Source: Opitutales bacterium (lineage in GTDB: Bacteria > Verrucomicrobiota > Verrucomicrobiia > Opitutales > UBA2987). From it: 64,000 bases of DNA. Shown here piece after piece: positions 56,312-64,000 of this stretch; position 1 is the stretch's first letter; the number at the start of each line of letters is the position of its first letter. Under the pieces are notes generated by a model. The model was not told where the DNA came from and searched no databases. It was given only the letters and a program-made list of their open reading frames with translations. The position numbers and the translations under genes are program-made. Where the stretch lies: positions 672,001 to 736,000 of the forward strand of contig CBDDEL010000016.1 of NCBI GenBank assembly GCA_965226885.1, written 5' to 3'.

Positions 56312-58013
56312 GACCACCGTAGCCACAGAATTATCCCACGAAGTCCACGACCACCACGAGAAACCGGACTTCTGGAGCAAGTACATCTTTTCCACCGATC
56401 ACAAGATGATCGCCATGCAGTATATGTTCACGGGCATCGTGATGGCCTTGATCGGGGGCTATATGGCCTATGTTTTCCGCATGCAGCTGGCTTTCCCGGG
56501 AGAACCTGTGCCTGGCTTCGGCACGGTCACGCCTCTGAATTATAATGCGCTCATTACCAATCACGGCGCCATCATGATTTTCTGGGTGGCCATGCCGATA
56601 TTGATCGCCGCTCTGGGCAATTTTCTGATTCCCCTGATGATCGGGTGCGACGACATGGTATTCCCTCGGGTTAACCGGCTCTCCTACCAGATATTTCTGC
56701 TCAGCGTGGTCGTCTTGTTCGCTTCTTTTTTCGCCCCGGGGGGCGGCTTCGGGGGTGGCTGGACGGCCTACCCACCCCTCTCAGCCCAGTCGCAATACAG
56801 TTTAACGCCTTTCGGGGCGCCGCTCTGGCTGCTGGCCATAGCCCTGGAATTTGTGGCCTTCTTGCTGGGAGGGATCAATTTCATCACCACGACCATGAAC
56901 GCCCGGGCCAAGGGCATGAAGATGTACGACATCCCCATCATGGTATGGATGATCGTCATCGCCAGCCTCCTGTTTATGTTATCGGTCGGTCCTTTGATTG
57001 CCGGAGCCGTCATGCTCCTCTTCGACCAGATCCTGGGCACAACTTTCTATAACCCCGAAGGCGGCGGCGACCCGGTGCTCTGGCAGCACCTCTTCTGGTT
57101 TTTCGGGCATCCCGAGGTCTATGTGGTATTGCTGCCGGCCCTGGGGGCGGTGGCGGAGGTTATTTGCGTCTTTTCCCGCAAGAAGCTCTTCGCTTACAAA
57201 ACCATTCTCTATACCACCTTTGCCACCGGCATCCTGAGTTTTTTCGTTTGGGCCCACCATCAATTCATCGCCGGCATTGATCCCCGTATGGCCCATATTT
57301 TCACCGTCACCACGGTGCTAATCTCCATTCCCATTGCGGAAATGTTGTTTTGCTATATCGCCACGCTCTACGGGGGATCGATTGAACTGCGCACTCCCAT
57401 GCTTTTCGCGCTGGCTTTCCTAGTTGAATTCCTCATCGGCGGAGTGACCGGCATTTATCTGGGGTCGAGCGGGGTCGATATATACTTCCACGACACCTAC
57501 TTCGTGCTGGCCCATTTTCATTACACCTTTTTCCCCATTGCCATTATCGGATTCTTCACGGCCATCTATTACTGGTTTCCGAAGATGTTCGGCCGCATGA
57601 TGAACGAGACCTGGGGCAGGATACATTTCTGGGGTACCATAATACCCTTCAACTGCATCTTCCTGCCTCTTTTTGTCCTGGGCATGGCGGGCCAGCACCG
57701 GCGCATCTACAACTTTAACAACTTTCCCGACCTGGCCTCACAGGATATGCAAAATCTGCGCATTTTCGCCACCTGGTCGGCAGTGGTCATGCTGCTCTTT
57801 CAAATTCCCTTTTTAATTAATTTCACGGTTAGCATGTTCAAGGGGGAAAAAGCCGGCAAAAACCCCTGGAAAGCCAACACCCTGGAGTGGACGGCGCCCT
57901 CTCCTCCGCCCCACGGCAATTTCAAGGAACCGCCGGTGGTTTACCGAGGCCCCTACGAATACAGCGTGCCGGGGAGGGAAAAGGATTACTGGCCGCAAGA
58001 CGAACCCGTTTAG
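56304..58013 (+). CDS. coxA: Cytochrome c oxidase subunit I (A1 type)
   Basis: TDHK, WFFGHPEVY, WAHH, HDTYFVLAHFHY. Confidence 0.96.
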   Translation: MAETTVATELSHEVHDHHEKPDFWSKYIFSTDHKMIAMQYMFTGIVMALIGGYMAYVFRMQLAFPGEPVPGFGTVTPLNYNALITNHGAIMIFWVAMPILIAALGNFLIPLMIGCDDMVFPRVNRLSYQIFLLSVVVLFASFFAPGGGFGGGWTAYPPLSAQSQYSLTPFGAPLWLLAIALEFVAFLLGGINFITTTMNARAKGMKMYDIPIMVWMIVIASLLFMLSVGPLIAGAVMLLFDQILGTTFYNPEGGGDPVLWQHLFWFFGHPEVYVVLLPALGAVAEVICVFSRKKLFAYKTILYTTFATGILSFFVWAHHQFIAGIDPRMAHIFTVTTVLISIPIAEMLFCYIATLYGGSIELRTPMLFALAFLVEFLIGGVTGIYLGSSGVDIYFHDTYFVLAHFHYTFFPIAIIGFFTAIYYWFPKMFGRMMNETWGRIHFWGTIIPFNCIFLPLFVLGMAGQHRRIYNFNNFPDLASQDMQNLRIFATWSAVVMLLFQIPFLINFTVSMFKGEKAGKNPWKANTLEWTAPSPPPHGNFKEPPVVYRGPYEYSVPGREKDYWPQDEPV

Positions 58014-58065
58014 ATCGAACTTCATTCAATTCATTTCAGTTAATTTAAGAAAATAATCGAAAAAA

Positions 58066-58644
58066 ATGGCATTTACAGCACCAGCAGCCACGGCCAGAAG
58101 CGCCACTGAAATACCCACCGGACGACTTGGCGTTTGGTGGGTGGTGGTCTCTGAAATCGTCATTTTTGGGGGATTGGTTCTCTGTTATATCATGTTTCGC
58201 CTGCACCACGAGGAATGGGCCGAATATGCTTCCCACACCAGCACCGTGGCCGGGGCGTTCAACACCTTTGTTCTGCTCACCTCCAGCCTGTTCATTGTCC
58301 TGGCCCATCAGGCGGCGGAGGCCGGGGAACTGAAAAAAGCCTTTCGATTTATATGGTGCACAATTGGCGGAGGAGGAATATTTCTGGTTGTTAAATCGAT
58401 CGAATGGACGAATGAAATTTCACACGGCTATACGATATTCGCCAATAATTTCTGGTCCTTTTATTATATCGTTACAGGCCTGCACGGCCTCCACGTTATT
58501 GGTGGAATGGTTATCATGGCCATCATCTCCATCGGGGTGAAAAAAGGGGAGCACCTTCCCCGGGTCGAGTATATCGGCATATACTGGCACTTCGTGGATA
58601 TCGTCTGGCTATTCCTCTTTCCTCTCTTCTATATCGCCAAATAA
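58066..58644 (+). CDS. coxC: Cytochrome c oxidase subunit III
   Basis: SE..IF, NT.VLLTSS, TGLHGLHV..G, YWHFVDIVW. Confidence 0.92.
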   Translation: MAFTAPAATARSATEIPTGRLGVWWVVVSEIVIFGGLVLCYIMFRLHHEEWAEYASHTSTVAGAFNTFVLLTSSLFIVLAHQAAEAGELKKAFRFIWCTIGGGGIFLVVKSIEWTNEISHGYTIFANNFWSFYYIVTGLHGLHVIGGMVIMAIISIGVKKGEHLPRVEYIGIYWHFVDIVWLFLFPLFYIAK

Positions 58645-58680
58645 TCGTTCAACCACACCTCTATCCAGGATCCAACTGCC

Positions 58681-59025
58681 ATGAACGAAGAACACGCACA
58701 TCCAAATTATATCAAGATATGGGCCATCCTGACGTTTCTGCTTTTTGTCAGCATTGTCGGGCCCATGATCGGAATCCCGGCTTTGACCCTCATCACGGCA
58801 TTCGGCATCGCGTTGGTCAAAGCGGTCATGGTGGGGGCCTATTTCATGCACTTGAACATCGAAAAACGCTTTGTATGGTACATGTTGTTCACCGCGTTGC
58901 TTTTTCTGGGCTTATTCTTCTTCGGCGTTTCCCCCGATGTGATGAAATCCGACGGCACCAACTGGGTCAATCAAACAACGGCTGCCGTATCTGTCGAGGC
59001 GGGCGATGCCGGTTCGCATCACTAA
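58681..59025 (+). CDS. Cytochrome c oxidase subunit IV family
   Basis: YIKIWAIL, ALVKA.MV.AYFMHL..E. Confidence 0.88.
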   Translation: MNEEHAHPNYIKIWAILTFLLFVSIVGPMIGIPALTLITAFGIALVKAVMVGAYFMHLNIEKRFVWYMLFTALLFLGLFFFGVSPDVMKSDGTNWVNQTTAAVSVEAGDAGSHH

Positions 59026-59114
59026 ACAGCAGGCAGTTGCCGGGGCGTTATTGCTTCTCGGTAAAAAAGTATAAGGATTGAAGATCGAGGGTTGGATTTT
59101 TGGAAACTGCAATA

Positions 59115-59696
59115 ATGAACAAATCCGTCAAAGAGCAAAGCTCTCAGGGGCCGTATTTACCTAATGGCGTGCTCGGCATGGTATGTTTTATAACCATGGA
59201 AATCATGTTTTTCGCCGCCCTCATCAGCGCTTACATGATTGTAAAGTCCGGCATGTTGTTCTGGCCTCCGCCGGATCAGCCGCGTTTGCCGGTGGCAGCG
59301 ACGGCTATTAATTCTTTAGTGCTTCTGGCCAGCGGCTGGCTGCTTTTCAAAGCGGAGCGCTCCTTTCGACAAAATAAGAATGGTGAAGCCGCCTACCGAC
59401 TTTTTCGCCTTTCCATTTATCTGGGAACTTTTTTTGTACTTTTCCAGGGTTTTGAATGGATCCGTCTAATCGGATTCGGGCTGACTATGACCTCAAGCAC
59501 CTACGGGGGCTTTTTCTACCTCATAATCGGCACCCATGCTTCCCACGCGGTAACCGCTTTAATTGTTATGGTTCTAATGCTCAAGAAGATGAAAAAGAAC
59601 CAGCTCTCTACAGTAGAATTTTGGTGCACCCAGATATTCTGGCATTTTGTTGTTGGGGTTTGGCCGATTCTTTATATCCTGGTTTACCTGAATTAA
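59115..59696 (+). CDS. Second subunit III-family protein
   Basis: EIMFFA.L, NSLVLLAS, G.HA.H, FWHFVVGVW. Confidence 0.9.
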   Translation: MNKSVKEQSSQGPYLPNGVLGMVCFITMEIMFFAALISAYMIVKSGMLFWPPPDQPRLPVAATAINSLVLLASGWLLFKAERSFRQNKNGEAAYRLFRLSIYLGTFFVLFQGFEWIRLIGFGLTMTSSTYGGFFYLIIGTHASHAVTALIVMVLMLKKMKKNQLSTVEFWCTQIFWHFVVGVWPILYILVYLN

Positions 59697-59712
59697 TTTT
59701 TTCAACGAAGCA

Positions 59713-59952
59713 GTGAACTTAAACCGCAAAATAGCATCCCTTGTCCTTCTCCTGGCGGTATGGGCTCCGCAAGCCGCTCTGGCCTGCTCCGTCTGTTTTT
59801 CGGCCCGGGAGGAAACTCGGTTCGCATTTTACCAGACAACCGCTCTTTTAACTTTCCTCCCATTGTTATTGGTAGCGGCCTTTGTTTTCTGGATGCTCAG
59901 AAGGATGCGAAAATCGGATCGCCCGCTTGCCGAAAATCCTGCCCAGCCCTGA
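59713..59952 (+). CDS. Small exported CxxC membrane protein ending the cox operon
   Basis: Signal peptide ..ALA-CSVCF, then one TM helix. Confidence 0.7.
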   Translation: MNLNRKIASLVLLLAVWAPQAALACSVCFSAREETRFAFYQTTALLTFLPLLLVAAFVFWMLRRMRKSDRPLAENPAQP

Positions 59953-59972
59953 TTCAGACAATCGGAAATGGC

Positions 59973-61280
59973 TCAATCCAGTTCTGAAAAATCGGGCATC
60001 TCCGGCTGCCGGAAATTTTCTCCTGAAATCAATTGCCTGGGAACATAGGGTCGGGACAGCAGTTCATTGAAACTGCGCGCCGGGAAAACCACCAATTCAG
60101 CCATTTTCTGCGGTTCAATCGTACCATATTGGCGCAATCCCATATATTCAGCCGGAGTTGCCGTGACCAGGCGAGGTGTATGCTCCAGATGCGGCTCCAG
60201 TTGGCCAATACGGATGGATTGCACCAAAACCTCGAACATATCGTAGTCTCCATAGGCAAAATAGCCGTCCCGCACATTATCGCTGGCGCAAGCAATGGGA
60301 ATGGCGCTGTCAAGCATTTCGTGGTACAGAGTGATGCCACGCCACATGGGTGTAAAGGTAGCGGACCCTTGCGCACCCGGAGCCTTTGTTTTGCGGTCCT
60401 GCAGGAACAGGTTGCACATGGGAAGGGTAATAATTTTGATTCCCGCCGATTTAACGAGATTGAGGGTTTCGGCCTGCCTGGCCGGTTCCTGCAATGCCAG
60501 GCTGGAGCAGTGCCCGCAGAAAACGGGATTAGGGAAATTATTGCGAAAAACGGCCTCGGCCGTTTTTCGCAGGCATTCATTGGAGGGGTCGTTGTTTTCG
60601 TCCACATGGAGGTCCAGCCCCACCCCGATGTCCCCGACGAGGGCCATTAAACGGTCGAGGCTGCGATCCAAATCAGGATTCATGTGCGGCATAGTTCCGA
60701 GAAAATCCGCCCCCATATCGACCAGTTTCTCCGCCCGTTTTCTTCCTTGCTGGGCCGTAAAAAAGTCGATACCGGTCAAGGCAACCGCTTGCAGGGTAAT
60801 CCGCCCCGCCCACTCAGTCTGCAAACGATTGTAAACGGCAAAAACCATCTCGGAAACCTGTTCACTGGCATCGAGGTGGGTACGCATGGCCGCAGTGCCA
60901 TTCCCCCATGCGCACTTTAAGGAAAAATCGCCCCGTAAATAGAGGTCTTCTTCATCCCAGACTGCCTTGTCCGAATGAAAACATTCACCCGCCTCCTGGA
61001 AATTGCCACTTCGGTTGGGAGCCCGATTCCAGGTGTAGGTTTTGTCGAGATGAGTGTGGACGTCAATAAAAGCGGGTAATACCATACGGCCTTTAAGATC
61101 GATTCTTTTCCATTGTCCGACCAATCGACCCGGCGGGGCAACCGCTGTGATGGTATTTCCGGTAACCGCTATGTCGCACAAAGCGGCAGGGTCGAACCAT
61201 AGTTTTTCGCCCTCGCAGGCATCGGCAAAAGTCTCCGGCAGCAGGCAAACAGGGACTTTGGCGTTCTCGTATATTGTCAT
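59973..61280 (-). CDS. Cytosine deaminase-like amidohydrolase
   Basis: DVHTHLDK, GT.AMRTH.D, DLHVDE, GHC.SL, ASDNVRD. Confidence 0.9.
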   Translation of the reverse strand: MTIYENAKVPVCLLPETFADACEGEKLWFDPAALCDIAVTGNTITAVAPPGRLVGQWKRIDLKGRMVLPAFIDVHTHLDKTYTWNRAPNRSGNFQEAGECFHSDKAVWDEEDLYLRGDFSLKCAWGNGTAAMRTHLDASEQVSEMVFAVYNRLQTEWAGRITLQAVALTGIDFFTAQQGRKRAEKLVDMGADFLGTMPHMNPDLDRSLDRLMALVGDIGVGLDLHVDENNDPSNECLRKTAEAVFRNNFPNPVFCGHCSSLALQEPARQAETLNLVKSAGIKIITLPMCNLFLQDRKTKAPGAQGSATFTPMWRGITLYHEMLDSAIPIACASDNVRDGYFAYGDYDMFEVLVQSIRIGQLEPHLEHTPRLVTATPAEYMGLRQYGTIEPQKMAELVVFPARSFNELLSRPYVPRQLISGENFRQPEMPDFSELD

Positions 61281-61311
61281 AGTACCGTTTGCAAAAATCC
61301 TGAATACCGGA

Positions 61312-63641
61312 TTATGGATTTGCGCTGAAATCCAGAAGTTGATCCAGGTTTGCCGGCTCGGCGAGAATCCCTGCCTTCAGCAATATGTTCTGGCTAGCTT
61401 TCCATTTATCGGCGCGCATGATGGCCAGGGGCGGCAGCCCATCGGGACTGACCAATTCGGCGATCCGGCGCAAGGAGGCGGTCTGGTATTCCCGATCCAG
61501 ATGAGGAGAATATTCCGCAATCACCAGATCGGCCGTTTCCTCCACATGATCGATGAAATGGACGGGGAAAACTGGACAGTGGAATAAGGTGGTCTTGAAC
61601 CACTAAATCCGCTAACCTATGAATGTTATTAAATCACGAAAGAGAAGACAATACAGTGCTGAGTTTAAAGCCCGAGTGGCCCTGGAAGCCATCAGGGGCG
61701 CTCATACCATCAACGAGATCGCCGGTCGTTTTGAGGTGCATCCCAACCAGGTGACCCAATGGAAGAAGCAGCTTTTGCAGGGAGCAACGGAGCTGTTTTC
61801 GCGCCAGCGGCAGACTCTCAGCAAGGACAACGAGACGGAAAAAGATCACCTTTACCAGGAGATTGGAAAGCTGAAAGTAGAATGCGATTGGCTAAAAAAA
61901 AAGTCTGAACAATTCGGTTGGTGAGAGGCGCAAGATGGTGCAACCACTTCAAGGAAAAATCAGTATCGGCAGGCAATGTCAGTTGCTGGGGCTGGCCCGC
62001 GGCAGCTATTACTATCGGGCCCGTGCCCAGTGCGAGCAGAACGTTCTCTACATGCATCGCATGGATGAGCTCTACACCCAATATCCGTTTTTTGGTTCTC
62101 GCCGGATGACCCAGTGGCTGCGTCGAGAGGGCCATGCAGTGGGACGAGGCCGCATCCAGCGGCTCATGCGCCAAATGGGCCTGGAGGCTATTTATCCGCG
62201 TCGAAACTTGAGCCAGGGGCACCGGCAGCACCGCATTTTCCCTTATCTGCTGCGGGGTTTGGCGGTCGAGCGGCCCGACCAGGTATGGTGCAGCGACATC
62301 ACTTACCTGCGGCTGAGCCGAGGATTCCTTTTCTTGACCGTGGTGTTGGACTGGTTCAGCCGCTACGTGTTGAGCTGGCAGCTTTCCAACACCCTGGAGA
62401 GCCGCTTCTGTGTGCTCGCCCTGGAGGAAGCTCTGAGGCGGGCCCAACCTCAAATCTTCAACACCGATCAAGGCAGCCAGTTTACCGGCAGCGAGTTCAC
62501 CTCGGTGCTGGGGCAAGCCGGGGTGCGCATCAGCATGGACGGGCGTGGCCGCTACCTGGACAACATATTTGTTGAACGCTTTTGGAGAACCCTCAAGTAT
62601 GAAGACATTTACCTGCGCGAATACGCCACGGCAAAGGAAGCCAGCGAAGGGATAGCCCGCTACCTGGACTTCTACAACCACCTGCGCCCCCACCAAGCCC
62701 TGGGCTACCGGACCCCGGCCGAAGTCCATGCAATCGGAGCAAAACCAACCTCCCCGCCAATACAGCTTGCGGGCACCTGCGTGCCCGTCTTTGGCTAAGG
62801 ACAAAATATATTTTTAAAAAATAATATGAACACGATTTCCACCTTAATCCCACGTCAAAATTGTCCAAACAACCCCGTCCACTTCACGAGGGCATATTTC
62901 CATCCTTCTCTGCTCGCCCGTAAAAATCTCTTAACCAAATCGTGGTTCTGTGCCATCATTTTTTCGGTTGTGAAAATGACCTGGGAATAGGCATGGTATC
63001 CGTAATCGCGGGCCAAAATGATCTTGCTGGTTCCACCCGTCAGCAATTGCAGGTGGACGAACTCGTCCATGTAATAGCACTGCATGAGATCGACTTTACC
63101 CTCGACTAAAATGGCGGGATCCCAGCCAATTTCAATGGTTTCAATATGATCGTGACTCAAGCCGGCTCCATTCAGAACCAAGTCCAGAGCGACGGCTTCG
63201 ATGGTGGCATGGATGCCAATCTTTTTACCTTTAAAATCGGCCGGCGACTGAATTGCAGCAGAATGCAAAGACATCCAGCCCAGAGGAGAATCCTGGAACA
63301 TGGCGGCGATGGCTTTAATACCGGATTCGGTCACGCCTGCTTGCAGCAGGAAGGAGCTTTCAATCACACCGAATATATAGTCGGCTTTCTCATTGAGAAC
63401 GATGTCAACCGGAGTTCGTCCCTCGATCAGCGCCCGGATTTCCACCTCCATGCCTGCATCGGCATAAAAACCATGTTCTACGGCTTGATACATTCCTGCA
63501 AACTGGACATTCGGCACCCAATCGAGCTGCAATACAATGGGAATAAGGGGTTTTTCGGCTATTTGGCATTTGGCTATAGGTGGGAATTATCAAACCTGCG
63601 ATTAGAAAAACGTATAGGACTGTCAGCTTGGTTTTTGTCAT
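61312..63641 (-). pseudogene. NMT1/THI5-type ABC substrate-binding protein, frameshifted and IS-disrupted
   Basis: LQLDWVPNVQFAG.Y.A...GFY; 7-bp duplication at 63561-63574 shifts it off its signal peptide; IS3 inserted near the C-terminus. Confidence 0.85.
61559..62881 (+). mobile_element. IS3-family IS (orfA 61619..61924, orfB to 62798)
   Basis: IRs TGGACGGGG..GGACA/TGTCC..CCCCGTCCA; WCSDITY, NTDQGSQFT, ERFWRTLKYE; no TSD. Confidence 0.92.
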
Positions 63642-63826
63642 AAAGCGTTACATCAAGAAAAGAGTTTTTCCCGAAGTGGCAACCCCAGAATTTTCAGTCC
63701 GGGACAACTGAGGTTGTATTTTCAATTCAAATGAACGACGACGCAGAGCCCGATATTTTTTATTAATTCTTGGATTCCGAAGCCTCATCTGATTCAATAG
63801 AAGATATGAAATCGGCTTCCCGTTTT

Positions 63827-64000
63827 ATGAAAATTCCACAAAGGACGGTATCGCAATTCAAGGCAATCGTGGGCCAATCCAATGTGCTGACCGAACCGGA
63901 GGCGGTGGAAAAGCTGTCCAAGGATTTTTTTTGGTATTCTCCTAAATTGAAAAGAGAGCTCAATGACAAGCGGGCGGATGTCGTTTTGAAAATCGCCCAT
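63827..64000 (+). CDS. FAD-binding oxidoreductase, N-terminal part (runs off window)
   Basis: MKIPQ..EKLSKDFFWYSPKL...ADVV. Confidence 0.7.
   Translation, partial: MKIPQRTVSQFKAIVGQSNVLTEPEAVEKLSKDFFWYSPKLKRELNDKRADVVLKIAH

Overview
Bacterial chromosomal window, probably Verrucomicrobiota/Opitutia (inferred from gene-family style, not searched), heavily eroded by mobile DNA. Intact core genes: glgC, glmS, rpsT, a bS22-like peptide, RNase P RNA, tRNA-Lys, a CysK/CBS-family enzyme, holB, tmk, a tolQRA/exbBD-tonB-like trio and an A1-type cytochrome c oxidase operon. A Tn7-family transposon (tnsABCD) sits at the canonical attTn7 site 23 bp after the glmS stop. It has a clear right end and an HTH gene ahead of tnsA, but tnsA, tnsB and tnsD are broken and the left end is gone. 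Other mobile DNA: six IS1380 copies, three IS5/ISNCY-like, three IS1, two IS3, an IS4 remnant, a 297-bp MITE and a truncated integrase/excisionase/primase element on the 5' side of tRNA-Lys. Most notable observations: (i) about 15 exact short tandem duplications, several provably derived and several gene-breaking; (ii) a 6S-like structured RNA candidate; (iii) a disrupted two-gene secreted fibre/adhesin locus with phage-tail-like repeats; (iv) unannotated small membrane proteins in the oxidase operon; (v) a split purine/pterin-type catabolic cluster with a catalytically degenerate creatininase paralogue. All family calls come from motif recognition, not database searches.
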